DNA of 64,000 nucleotides from Perna viridis (taxonomy: Eukaryota). Positions 15,201 through 30,200 of the stretch are shown here, piece by piece. Every line of letters starts with the position of its first letter. Within the stretch, counting starts at the first letter, position 1. Made by a program: the position numbers and the translations under genes. Below the pieces are notes generated by a model. That model was not told where the DNA came from. It saw only the letters and a program-made list of their open reading frames with translations, and searched no databases. The stretch covers positions 6,696,001-6,760,000 of the forward strand of contig CM074514.1 of NCBI GenBank assembly GCA_037379345.1, written 5' to 3'.

Positions 15201-18200
15201 AGTCAGAAATGTATTATTGGAAAAGAAGAATGATTGTTTGTAATTTGACCTTTACTTTCCATTCTTCAGTAACTCTCTTGGAGTAAAAAAATGTAGTTAC
15301 TGGAACTAAAATTTTATAGATCAGACGATTTCCAGTGACATAATTTCAATTACAGTCGTTAGTTTCACAGACATATGTTGAATTCATTGAGAATGATATC
15401 ATGAATAAGTGTTAAGGAATCTTGGCATGGAAAGCAGACAGTTTTACTGTGAAAATAACAAAATCTTGTGTGTTAAGTTTGAAAAGACAGTGTATTTTCG
15501 TGGAGTAGATGAAATGATTTAGAAGGATATGGAAAGTTTTTTTTTTAATATGGATGGATTGAACTCTTTTCTAATTAGGATTTTTGTGGAATAAAAGAAT
15601 GCTATTTTGTGTAGAATCATAGTTAGGAGTGGAAATTTTATGTAAGTTGAGAGTTACTTGTGTAGTTTATCTAGATACTTACAGAGTATACAGGTTGGTC
15701 TAAGTGTGATTTCTGTACCCATGTGAATTGGCATAATGTGGGGATGGGATGGACAGATTTAGGAGCCAAATGTATAACTTTTAAATCAAATATGTTTTGC
15801 CTGGTAAAAATGAATGCATGGCATGTTCTAATGGAAGAATATTGTAAAACGTCATCAAGTATTGTAAATGAAAATAATGCCTCAAGTATGAGATTTTTTT
15901 CAAAATTGCAAAAGGATTTTCTTGGTAAAACCACTAGTCAGTTGACCCCCATGTTAAAAAACATATGGAAAGAAAGCAGAAAGCATGGTGCTAATTGTAA
16001 ATATGCTGTTGTATATACCTCAGTCTGATTCCGATCACGCTTCTCTCTGGCAGTCATGTAAACCCATTGAGAAACATACTTTGGCTGATTGCCTTTTTGA
16101 TTAAATATTTGAAACTTAACAGAGCTAATGGAGTCACTAAACATAACTATTGCCACTCAGAATTGTGATTTGAACCTAAAGACCCCTTTCAGACTGACTT
16201 TTTTCTGAATTCCATGAGCAGGTCTAGGATTTCAGGTTAGGGGGACTTAAATAGAATAAAAAGTACAGCAAAGTGAGGCAAGAAAGTTTGGGGTAAAATA
16301 TCTGGAAAAAATCAAGATTTCATGCTAACAAATGAAGAAGGTGTTCAGACAAAAGCCAGGCAGTTGGTGGCACATGACAAGTTTTTCACCCATTTCATAT
16401 CACAAATTCATCCTTTCTCAAATTTGAAGGTTATGGATAGAATGAAATGATAAAAGAGCAATAAATTATTTAAAAAGCATTAAAATTCATTGTTAAATGG
16501 GCGATACCACTTTAATTTTAGCAAAATTTTTTTGCTTTGTTTTGGAACTTTGAAATCATTTTCTTAGTCATCCATTGTTGATTTAAAAACAACTTTATAC
16601 AAGTTAGAATTGTCATATGGTCAAACATTTTTCTTATATCACTATATATTTGTAAATGGACCAAATCATTAACATGTATTGATATCAAGTGTTCATTTCC
16701 CGATAAAAAAAGAGTAAACTGTGTATTTAAAAATGTATATAAAAATGTTTTTGTTCTTTTAAAAAATAAACCAAAAACAAGTACCCGGTAATTATGTGAA
16801 AGAGGAAATGTCACAGTACTTCAGTTGTCTTAATAATGAGTAACAAAGCCGTTCTTCAACTTTCCTGTCTTTCACATTAGATAGCAAGAAGTAAAAATTG
16901 TGTTCATAAAACTAAAGTTAAATATCATAGGTCAATAGGGGCTCTACACTGGCCCTTTTTAAGTATCCCATTTTGTGTTCATTTACGAAACCATTGTTAT
17001 TTGTTAGATATGTTAGATCAGTCATTGTCTAGTTTATTGCAGAAGCCAAAGATTCATGGAAGTTGTTTTAAACACTTAAGCACTCACATCAGATTTGATA
17101 GGTTTTAATAGTAGAAGATCGTGGTTTATAGTATGTATAGAACAGTAGGGTTACTATTTCATAGGGTGTTTTTTCCTGCCAATTCCTTCAATTGATCTGA
17201 TCTTGATGAAAGAGGCAGATGATTTATAAATTTTACCAGCATTATGGCAGGAAGTTTGTTAGGAATCTGTAAATATCAGAAGCTTGCCAAGCTTGTGCTT
17301 TAGCCTGACCTCAATTATTTGCAGAGGGAATAATCTGAAAATAACTTTTTATACTTAGTGTCAGGAAATCCTGATATATTTTTTTCTTGACTTGTCATAA
17401 TGGAATTAAAGTCTTTTTATATATATGTATAAGAACAAATGTTATATGTGCCTTCTAAGTGATGTAGTTGAGTTGAGGCACATTTTACATGAAATTAAGG
17501 TCTTGTGATCTTTGACTTGTGTATTTGTAATTCTATGTGTCACTGTGATAGCTTGTTTAAGGCTTAGCAGTATCCATAATTTAGGATACAAAGATATCTA
17601 GTGTTGGGAATTCCTTGGAAATGGAAAGTGATGTAGATGTTGATAATAAGAGGAGAACTATGGAGTGGGATTCTGATTGGGATCTTCTGCAGGCTATTCT
17701 ACGAGATCTAAATTTAAGCATCACTGTAAGGATCTGTAGGATGTTTACTAGTACTGATGTGGTTCTTGATAATGTATTGTGGGACAGGGTGGGAGAGGTT
17801 TTGTGAAAGTGATTAATAAAGTTGGCTTTGTTAAATGTTTTTGATGGGTTCTGTCTGTTGAAACTGAAAAAAAAGTATATGTCAGTAAGTCCCTGGTATA
17901 AGATTAAGCTACTGTCCATAATTTTAGTATCTAAACTTGTCTAGGATGTAATGGATTTAGTAATGTAGTCAAGTTCTTTTTTTCATTTATTTTTATGAGG
18001 TACTAGATTTTATTTGCTTTTTTTTTTTCAGATCGATTATCCTGATGTTCAGGTAATGAAAAGTGGACATTCCCGGCAGCCATGTAATAATGTATTAGAG
18101 TATGACCATTCTGAAGGGACCAGACCAATTCGGAGAATGAATTCAGACAGTGTTGTGGAGCAGGTAAAGTCATTTTTTTGCATATTGTCCATATAATTTG

Positions 18201-21200
18201 GAACTAATTGGATTGTAAATTGAGTGTAGTGAGGATTTTTGAAAGGAGTCCTCTGGAAAAAAGAACATTATGAAGCGGAATAGGATTATTTGAATTACGG
18301 GGAGTGAGTTCAGCATTTTAAAAAATGCTTGATTAAGTTGATCCCTTTTTATACCCCATCAGTCATTGTTGTGTGGTTTTATGTGATATCCTTTGTTTAA
18401 TTTGACAGGTATGTGTCTGTCAGTCAGTCCAACTGTTGGTTGCCAAACTTTACCTAATAATTTCTAGTACATAATTCAGATTAGTTCTTAGCACAATTTC
18501 ATTTTTAGCTCTCCTGTTATGCTGTTTCTTAAGCTTTTGATCCTCCATTTTTAAGATTTTGGTTCCCCAATGTTTATAAGTTATTGACCTATAAATTGGT
18601 GGGTATCATTAATTGGCCCATTGGATGCTCTATTTTTTATTAAATTTCATGGGCATTCACTGTTGGTTTTATTAGAGAATTTTAATTATTGTGTTTGTAA
18701 TGTTTATGAGAATATCCATAGAGATTCCAAATTGACAATTCAACCCACATATCACATTAGCCTTGAAGAAAATCTCTACTCCTTCTTAGTATTTAATGTT
18801 TTCCAATAATTATGATAATTGTAACATTTGTGTGTGGATGTTCAGTTTTTGCCATCAGAGCATTGATGTTGTAAATGTCAGAGATCTGTAATCACAATTG
18901 ATCTTTTTATCTTAAAAAAATTACACCAATGGTAAAATGTTTAAATGTATGATAATAATGTTATGATATTCCTCAGTTTGACATCAAAATCAATTTCAGT
19001 GGTCCCAAAGGCATGTTTTTGTTTTTATTTACAGCTTACTGCTGACTATGGTTTGCGTGACCAATTTTTGCGAAATGAACAGTATATGAAAAGATGTTCT
19101 AGGGCTAGTGACACGTCTAGTGCTTATTCTGGATCAGATATGATGCAGTCATCCATAGACGATCAGGAGAACGTTGACATGGAGATCACTGGATTGCCAG
19201 AAAGTCTTGTGGATTCGGATGACGAAGAAGGATATGCTGAATCCACAGGGGTAAGTTTATACCTCTATTCTACTAGTATACAGCTGAAAAATATATCAGT
19301 TAAAACAGTTTGTGTGTGTGTTTTCTGTTTATTGAGTTACCTGTTCAGTTGTGCTGTAGTGAAAGAGAAAACAGGAAGTAAAATGCTGATGGACCTTAAT
19401 GAACTGCTTTATAGTATACAATAGAATTGTGTATAACTTTATCTGTTTTGGACATTCTTTCAATCACATCTATCAGATTAGTTTTGATAGATAAGATGTT
19501 AATACAAACTCTTGAAGAACTGTAGTTATATATAAAAGTATCCAAGCACTTAATATATTAATTAAAAGAAACAGTTTACAATTCAGTTTTGTATAGGTAT
19601 GTTTTTTTAGTGTACATAGATTATTTATCACAATGTTAAGGTTTATCTGCACCTAACATCATGGTAAAACTGTGATAAGGTGTAATTGTGCCAAAAAATG
19701 ATATTATATTAAGATGATAAAGATTAAAGAACATTGCATTTACCCCTGGAGAACTCTTCACAAAGAAGTTTTGCCAGGCAACATTATTAAATAAACATAA
19801 CTTGAGTACATGTTATGTTATAACTCACAGGTTATGTAATAGTTCAAAATTTTGGTAAGAATTCTCATGGCAGGAAATTTTTTGTATTCCAGATGTCACC
19901 ACAAGTTTTTCTCATTTCATTATTTTTTGGGACGAACATGGAGTATCAGGGGTGTAAAATGTTCTGATTAAAGTAAAATTTCAAAAACAGCAGATAGGTC
20001 CCTTTAGCTGTGAACATATAGATAATACAGCATGGAAATAACAATAACCAATCGGTAAACTCTTACAGTGCATACACTGATGATGGGGATCAAGTTGATC
20101 TTTAAAAATGTTACAGCTGTATTCTAAAAGTCTGCCCAAACAACTTGAACTGAAGCTATTTTAAAACTAAAACAAAAATGTTTGCTTTGTTTTCTATATA
20201 CAATTCCTTTCCCACTTTATTTTACATAAAAATTGGATTATTACAAAACAAACCACACCCCTCCACAATCTAATGGTTTATTTATTTCATTCTTTGGGAG
20301 GGAAGAGTCATTAAAAGCATCCTGTGTTATGCAACATTTACCAGGTTAAATGCTGAAACACATTCTGTGTGCCTTCTACAGTTAATGCAGTCAGATCTTG
20401 TAATCACTGTAGACAAATTGAATACACAAAATGTTGAGAAATTGTATATGCTGCAGAAAAAAAAACTACACACATTCTGCTTGGCTTCTTCAGTTTATGA
20501 TTTCAGATCTTCTAATGATTATTGAGCGACTGGATAAAATAATATATATATGTGACAAAAAAGAAAATCTTTACTTATGGCTTTTGTTTATACCTAATTC
20601 CTGTAAATTTATTCATTGTGTGGATTCTGACTAGTTAACATATTCATAGATATTAACTTTTGCAGTTTTGAAAAATGATCAGCATTTCACGAAGAATAGT
20701 AAAATTTGGTAATAGTAAATTTGAAAAGATGCATAAAAACAAAAAAAAAATGGTAAATTCCCAAAAATGATATAGTGTATTAAAATAATAGGAATAAATA
20801 GAGATGGGAAAATCTGTAGGAAGATCATATAAGATAAAAAATCTTTTAGGAAAAACCAATTTTCATGGATATATTATAGTATGATGATAATACTGTCTGG
20901 GCACATGACCACATGTTTTATGACAGTTAAAAGTTCCTCTGAGGAAATTTCAGTAATTATTTGATCAAATGTTTGTCTGGGTTGAAGGATGAACTCTTTC
21001 TCTTAATTTTGATTGTCTTCCTCTTTATCATGATTATTTTTTATTTGCCATGAGAGTTATGGAACATGAATTGCCAGCAAAAGGGAATCTTGTAAAATTT
21101 GATTGGTTTGTAAGAAGTAAAACCTATGGGAATGATTATCTTGTTGGTCATAGTAGAATATAAGGTTTTTGTATGAAAAATACAAAAATACCAATGATTT

Positions 21201-24200
21201 AACTAATGGTTTATTTGTATACTTACAGTCTCAAAGAGATTCAGTACAGGAATGCCTACAGAAACATCCCCAGGACAGAACAGAAGATGATATAGAAACA
21301 TTGTTAGATTTTATACAACATTTTAGGGTATGTCCATCAACAAATACTGACATCTTTATGCAATGATGAACATATAGTTGCTGTTTTTTTTTACTTGCTT
21401 GGTTTATATTTAATAGTCAAGAACTTGTAGTCAAGAACTTGTGAATGTTTTAGAAGTATAGAGTAGAAAGAAGTGAAAATTAGTTAACAGTAGAATAGCA
21501 AAGAAAGAAACTTTGTACTATCTAAATTCCATCCTACAAAATAAAGAAATATAGATTATTGAAAATTTGTAATTTTTTTTAGAAAAAGATTTGAACTTAA
21601 AATATCATTATACATGGAAAGTAGATAATTTTGAATACCTTATAGATTTTATGTAAGTGTTTGATGAAACCATTGTAAAGAATCATTATTGCCTCACCTT
21701 TTCTTTTGAAATATATTCTTTCAACTTTAAGTATTGGACAATACGAAGTAGACATTTATTTTGCTATTTTAGGCATCTGGGCATGTGATCTGAAACAGGA
21801 CTATGTATGAGGGTTTAAGGTGTCTGAGGACCATTGTTTGAGACTTCAAACCTTTAAAAGGTCCATTAAATTGAGTAGTTTTCAATGCATTATTGACATT
21901 CATTTTGCCATTACAGGCATTTGCCAACATGACCTTGCCAACGAGACGAGCGCTGTGTGCTGTGATGATGCTGGCCGTCATAGAGCATAAAGGAACCATT
22001 GTAATGAAAGACAAAGAAGAGCTGGACTCTTGGTCTGTCATACTTAATGGTCAGGTAGAAATCCTCAAAGAAGATGGTTCTGCAGAATTCCTCTACATGG
22101 GAGACAGGTCAGTGATAAGTACATGCTTACTCTAGTATTTATTTTCTTGTAAAAGTACTTTACCTGCATTTATGTACTATTCACTGTTTAAAATACATGT
22201 ATATGTTTCTTAACAAGTATTTTTATCCTTTCTTACAAGTGGTTTGTTGAACTAACACAACTATTTTGTTGTAAAAAAATGATATACTAAAAATACTATT
22301 TAATGGCTCATGATTATTAGTTGTAGTGAATGGTGGTCTTATTTAAATTTGATGGTGTCATATTTTTTTTCTTTTATGACTTTAATTTTTTGGAGGTCAT
22401 ATAATGGTATGTTGCACTTTACATCATCACTGTTGTTCACATCTTGATTGCTTTGCAATAATCAAATATGATAGAGGAACTTTTATTTATTTGTATAAGT
22501 ATTTGTGGTTTGCCGAAATTTAAAATTTTTAAATTTTGGGATTTGGATTCAGTATCAAGGTTTCCAGTGTTAATTTCACAATTTGGGGGGATTTGTAATC
22601 ATGAAAACCAAGAAAATTGATACTCTGCATACAATATTTATTATTCATTTAAATGGAATTGTATGCATGCATGTGTGGAACTTAAAAACTAGAACAAAAT
22701 CCTTGTTTATATTGTTTCATATTTCTTTACAGTTTTGGTATAACAACCCCTACCATGGAGAAGATGTTCCATGAAGGTGTGATGAGGACAATTGTAGATG
22801 ATTGCCAGTTCCTCAGCATTGCTCAGCATGACTATTATGAGATTATGAACCAGGGCAAAGAAAATACCAAACGTCATGTTGAAGATGGTGAAGTTGTCAT
22901 GGTAACAGAACATCGTGTGTTTGATGGCGGTAACAGAAGAGGACAGATAATTATTCGAGTAGGCTTTGTTTTCATTAGGGTCATTTTGTAGCCAGATGCA
23001 GGCTATTTCCCAAGAATATAATATTTCCTAATGGAAAATATGGATTTTTTTTAAAGATATCAAAATTATTTCTTGTGCCATTAAACTTGTCATCGTTGTT
23101 TAAACAATAAACAAAAGTTTCTATAAGTCAAGAAAATAGGGATTTTTTTGTAGTTACTTCTGGTGTTACTTCCATTTAAAGAGATTCTTAAAAACCTCAA
23201 TAGCACAAAAATTTGTTGTTTTCCACTGAAATTTGATTTTGTGATATTGTTTATTTTAGGCATCACCTGACCATCTGATGGATCACTTAGTCCAGGAGCA
23301 CTCTGCTGTGGATCCAACATTTGTTGAAGACTTTTTATTGTGTTATAGAATATTCCTCAAAAGTCCAATGGAACTTGCCTATAGACTTCAAACATGGTTT
23401 AGCCAAACAGCATTAAGAAACAAGGTATCTATTCTTTCATTGTAAAAAATATATAGATTGTATACTACAGCAATGATTTTATATCGCTATAAAACGGAAT
23501 TATGCTTTTTCAGTTTCCAGATTTTTCCTATGTTTACTTCAGATTTCATCGGTTTCCACTTTTCTGTTTTCGTTGTAAAATCATGTCTGTTTGTATTCTA
23601 GTATCTCATTGTTCTTACTGATCCTTTTCACCTTTGACACTTGGTTTTTGTTCTGTAACTTATAATTGTAAAATGGAGAAAAAATTCATTGCGATCTCTG
23701 TGATATTTTTGTATTAACAAAAGCATTACCTTGTATAAGATATAAATGTAAAGGACGTGTCTAAATGAAAGAAGGAGTAAAAGTGTTTACTTTGTTGTTA
23801 CTTGGTTTTCTCTAGGTCTACATTGAAAACACCATGAAATAAATCACGCAAGCTCCATTTTATAAGCGAGGGGTTATAAAACGGCATAAATGGCCAGCCA
23901 GTGGATAAACAATGATAAAATGGAGTTTCTGTGATTTATTTTGATTGTAAAAGGACTAATTTCTACATATTTTTGAATAGATGCATTGGACATGTTGCAT
24001 GAAATGTTGGTCATGTGTTTATCACTTTTTTTTTTTACCATGGCAGTGGTGTAAAGAGCTTTGAAGCACGTCATATTAGAACAAAATGTATATCACGCAC
24101 ACTTCCAAACTAATTTTAATAATTACAATGACAAAAATATGAGATAAGACTTGATCCATGATGCAAAATGTAACACATTATTACTTGTATTTTCAGGTCA

Positions 24201-27200
24201 CTAGGGTGGTCTTATTATGGGTAAATAATCACTTTATTGACTTTGAGACAGATTCAACCATGAGTGAATTCCTGGAAAATTTTGAGGGTCTTTTAGAAGC
24301 TCAGGTAATGCATTATATTTAATGCTGTGTGAATTGATCACTTCTGATCTGATTAAAGTGCTTATGCTTTCATTATGAAAGTGCCAATGACATCAGGTAT
24401 CAGGGTCTGTTGTTTAAATTGCTGTGTATTTATCGGAAACTTTGTACCAAACCCTGTGTAAACTGGTAATCTGTCCAAACTATTCTTATCTATTTCAGCT
24501 TTTACTGTTATTTCTATCAACCATTTAAAGTGTATAAATATTCCAAAGAGTAAACAATTTGTAATTATTTGACTGAAGCCTGACACATTGATTCAGAACA
24601 ATGTGTAGATATACTAAACAATGATATTGTTCGTTGATTAGATTAAGCAGTTTTCAAAGGATGTATTGATAATGAGTATTGTATGATTTATTACAGGATA
24701 TGACTGGTCAACTCAGGTTATTGAACATTGCTTGTGGTGCTAAAGCTAGAACAAGGAGTGTGACTCTTACAAGAGCTACACGTGAGGAGGTGCTACATTT
24801 CTCAGTCCTCGGTGGTTTGGAGAGAGGGTATGGTATATTCATTTCCAAAGTTGAAAAAGGATCCAAAGCGTATGAGGCTGGCCTCAAACGAGGAGATCAG
24901 GTAGTTTAGTTGTTTCATTTTTTTAATCTTACTTAAAATTTTAATTTTTGGATTTGCTGTAAACAACAGGAAAATAAATATTTGAACAAATTTAAAGTCA
25001 CACTCTCTAACTATCCTGCACCAGTTATGTTACACTCATCAGCAAACACTACATATTTTTTTCTTTATATAAAATCAAAACTTACATTTGGAACATTCCT
25101 TAAGCTCCTGGAAACTTAATTGTTTTTATGCTTGTAATATAACACATGTAATTTTTCTTACAGATTTTAGAAGTAAATGGCCAAAACTTCCAGAGTATTA
25201 CACACAATAGAGCATTAGAGTTGTTAAGAGGAACCACACATCTCTCTATGTCTGTTAGATCTAATTTACCAGGTAATAACAGCTGTCTATTGTTTCTACT
25301 TCTTTTAAAATATAAGTTGAAAAATAAAGCTTTTTCATTACATATAATATGAAAGCAATAAAGAATTCTTCACAAATCCAAATTTGCTATAAACATGTTG
25401 TTTATAGTTTGTTTTTAGCAATGAAGTTACTGGTAATAGATGGTAGAATATAAGAAGCATGAGGAATGCTTTGAAAATTAATAGTTATTTATTTTGTATT
25501 ATTTTTAATTTTAGAATTTAAAGAAATGATTGAAGTAACAGAACAGAACAAAAACAATAGACAATCTTCAACAAGTACATCATCAATGCCTTCCATGTCA
25601 AAGAGGTTATCAGCTCCTGATCTAGACAATATGTCCCCAGTGTTTAAATGTAAAGATGGAAAGCACCATAAAAAGGACAAGGGATGGTTTAAAACTGTTG
25701 GAAAAACTGCTTTCATCAAGAAAATGGGAAGCTTTTTCCCTAGGAATGCCAGTGTTTCTAATATTGAATTGTAAGTTAATGAACTGAAGTAGTTTGTCTT
25801 TGACATAAGTGGTCCCAGCATTGCTGTAAAAAAAAATACAGGCCTTATATTTTCATCAAATTTTTTCCAGTAACTATAAATCATAGCCACTATATATTTT
25901 GTACTTCAGTATTGGGTCCCATATTGTGGGATGCTGTTTGATGTCTGTCATACTTCTACTTTCTGTTTACAGGCTTTACAGCAACCCTGCCATTTTTGTC
26001 TTTGAACATATTAATACTATTTTCTCATTTGTTGTAATGTTATGATTGTAACTTGGTTGTTATAGCAGTAATTAGAACTCCCATATTTGATAATGACCAT
26101 TACTTATGTATTATTTTTCTCAAAACCACCAAAAGAAAAACATGGACACATTGAGCTCTAAAATGATAAATTTATGTATTAACAGTATTTCTGTATGTTC
26201 TTTCTATATCCTGATGTACAGATTAAATTCATGAAAATTCATACTATCCATCCTGATTTTTTTTCTGTTCTGTGTCATTATGAATATTATTTTTTTACTG
26301 CATACTGACTTCTACTAAAGCAAATAAAAATATCTGCTTTGTTAACCTTGTAAAATCAAGTTTGAGATATATGTAATACATTTAGATTATATTTACTTTG
26401 CAGTGAGAATATGAACAAATCAGATGAAAGTTTATACTCAGGTTCTGGCTACAGCACCTGTAAATCTTCATCCTCATTAACAGTACAGACACCTAACCAT
26501 CTGAGTGCCAGTAATCCTGATCTTTCTCTGCTCAGTGTAGAAGATACCAAACACGAAATACCAGACCATGTTGTCAAAGTTTACCGTGCAGATCAGTCTT
26601 TCAAATACTTACCCATCCATAAGGTAGAAATCATACTTACCCATCCATAAGGTAGAAATCATACTTATCCATCCATACGGTAGAAATCATATTTACCCAT
26701 CTTTAAGGTAAAAATCATACTTACCCAGCCATAAGGTAGAAATCATACTTACCCATCCATAAGGTAAAAATAATATTTACCCATCCATAAGGTAGAAATC
26801 ATACTATTTATATTTCTTTGTTTATTCTTTAGATGTTGAAAGAAAAATAAAATGTTCAACTAAATAAGCATATACTCCTAGGATTGGATAAATACTAGGT
26901 CTTGTTTTCTTGTCTAGTAGTGAAATAATATAATATGATTTCAGAGTTGTTTGTATTAATCCAAACCAGATGTCTTTAGTTATATAGTGTTTTTACAGGA
27001 TACTACAGCAAGAGAAGTGGTGATGTTAGCCTTACAAGAATTTAGTATAACTGATCCAAGCAGGTTAGAAGTAATTATAACATCATTTTGAGAGCTATTT
27101 ACTTACATTACATGGTAAAACAAGGAAGCTTTTGTGGTAAACATTTTGGCATGATGAATGAAGTGACCACTTATTGTTAAGTGGAATGAACCATTAATTA

Positions 27201-30200
27201 ATTGTAGATGTTGAAACCAAATAAGTAAATAAAGAATAGCATGTTGATATGTAGTGAAGATTTAATGCTAGGTACAACCTATAAGAGAGTTGTATGGAGC
27301 CATGGCCTTTTTGTTCTTTTTGACTAATATTAGTCCTTTGAGATTTGAAAGTGTTATCTGAAGTTTAAAGAATAGCTCTTGAATTTGGTTAAGACTGAAA
27401 ATTATTTTTGTTAATATTTCCTCTTCAACTTTATATTGGGGATAAAGTTTGACTGTAGTCTGTAGTAGACTGGTAACGTTGAATTCCTTATCAACCTATT
27501 CACCTAGACTTACTCTTAAACAGAGTTCAGAATTCATTAAATGTATTGTGAATAGTTTTTTTTCTTCTATTTATAGACAAAGGGGAATATTACTAAATTT
27601 GTATTTTGAAGGTGATCCTTAATGAAATCAATTGATGATTTACATGTAATGGATCCCAAATAATAATATTAACCTCGTGGTGTTTCTTTACAGTAACTTT
27701 TCATTATGTGAAGTCACAGTAGAAAATGAGAGTCTTATAAAACAGAAACGGTTACCAGATCAGATGACGAATCTGCCCGATCGTCAGAACCTAAATGGAA
27801 GGTATGTTATCACGTAGCTGCACTTATTTTCTGTTTAGCTTTCTGCCATGTTACCAGGTTTTGGGGTAAACTCCTTTCTTTCGTTTATAGCCCTCTTGTT
27901 TATATTATATAGACTCCAAGCATGAGATGTTTCCTGATTACAAGAATGATATATCTGTTGATAGTAAAATTTGTGTATCCAAGTTGAATGTTATTCTTTA
28001 TACAGAAATCAATTGAAACCCTCGCAAAATTCTAACTACAACAGAAGACATCTCGGCTGATTCATTTCCCCAGAAGTTCCACTAAATGTTCCTTTGTACT
28101 GTCTTGATGTTTTGGTAGATATATGTAATAGTTGAACAAGCAATAAGGCCTTCTCTGAAGCAAAGGGAAAAATTGAAAATATCAGTTATTTGGCCAAGCT
28201 TTCACTTCCCCTATTTAAAGGAATGTTGTTGTGATTTAGTTATACAGAAATCTTAAAAAAAACTAGTTGTTTATCTTCAAATTTATGATTAAAGTTTTAT
28301 GTGACTGCATGCTATATTTTCTCATAATCTTTAGATACGGCACATAAAGAGAATTTATGCACATTTTGTCTGTATATATATATATATATAGATATGCTAA
28401 TTGAGAATTTACTTGAGTAATGAGCAGGTGCTGATAGCCTAAGGTATATACTCCTGGAACTCAGCTTCTCACAGCATGCACATTGTTTCATCTCTTCATT
28501 TTGTTTTATATTTTGGTGTTTGTAATTTTGGTTTTTCTTGTCCATTACGCTGCAATAATTATTATTTTTTTGGTACACTTTGGTGGAAGTTAATACATTT
28601 AGTGTGGCTTTGGTGACACAAGAATTTTTTTAAAATTTGTTAATTGTACTCATTATTCAAGATTAGAAGGAATATGGATTTAGAAACAAGTTTTAATTTT
28701 TCTTGACCAAGTCTTACTTGGTGTTCTGATTTTATTGTTTTTGCTTATTTGCTTATGATCAAACAGTTCACAAAGTGACCATATTTAGTTAAGATTAAAT
28801 AATGATAGGCATGTTATTGTCTGGCTGTCATTCAGATGTTTTATCATATCATTGATGCTTTGCTCCATATATACATATGTGAATGAATGTTGCTGTGGAT
28901 TACTAACATGTTAGTCCTGACTTACAATCTGCATGTTCTACTATGTAGTGCTAGATATGAAAAAATGCGTCTAACTTTGTTACAGTCTGATCAAAATGTG
29001 TCATTAGAAATCTTTGAAAAAAAACTTCAACCTTCAAAGTAGAGACCTGGGATTTTGAAATTTCATAATTTTTTATGTGGCAACCCTTTATCGAAGATAT
29101 GTAAGTCAACATGGCTGCAAAGCAATGTAGGAGTCGAATAAACAAAAATCAGCACCTTATTATTAGAAAAGAGGGGGTGATTAGATCAGCTTATTTTGAT
29201 CTCAGGAAAGAACTGTAATGAACTATTTTTGATCAGAATGTGTTATTTCCCAGAAACTACTGTATCTAATTTTATATCATAACTGATAATACTTCCTTTT
29301 AAATATAGTGATTGTAGTTCATGTTTTCTAAATTGAGTACTTAATTTGAAATAATTAACACTTTTTCTGTTTTCTTATTAAGATAAAAATCTTACTATAA
29401 TGTGAGAAATGAAAATTTTAGTAAGGGATTCTTCTGGGAAACAATAGATTAATCTTTGATACTAAGAAAAAAATAGGACAACACTTAAGAACAATATACT
29501 TCATAAATGTTTTCCAACAAATCTGACCCTTATTTTTACGGAAATAACACTTTAACACAGGAAATACATTTACAGTGACAATAGTTTGACTCATTTCTAA
29601 CACGAAGAGAGTATAACATTTAAATATATTTAAATTTTCCAATTGACCTACGTATTAAAAGCAAGTTGTGTCAAAATTAAAGGATGTATAAGAATTTATT
29701 TCTTCTAGATTTTTAGATAAATTTAAGTCATGTTTCTTAATTTATTTATGAATTGGTGGGGGTAATGGATTTATCTCCAAAGAAACCTTTTTTTTGGATT
29801 CAGTGAAATCATCCTTGTATAACAATGAAGTTGACCAAACTCTTTTTCTTTCAATTTGTTTTTGTAATGAATGAGACACACTGAAGTCAATGGTAAAGGT
29901 AGTTGTATGAAAATAACAAGTGTAAATGGCATACTGTTCTATTTGATGAAAATGGTCAAATTATTCTTTTAACTATAAATGCAAAATGAAATTTTACTGA
30001 TGTTCCAAATTTCTGTTGTCTTTATTTTGATATATATTTGACTTGGATGAAATTCAGAAATTATACTTCTTTAGATGTTACCAGTGTATGTTTTTTTTTC
30101 TTTTCTAATTAGTTGAAAAAATTACTTAGTAATACTATGCCATATACACAATACATACACATTGATCATCCTAACACACGCATTTACATGTGCATCTGTG

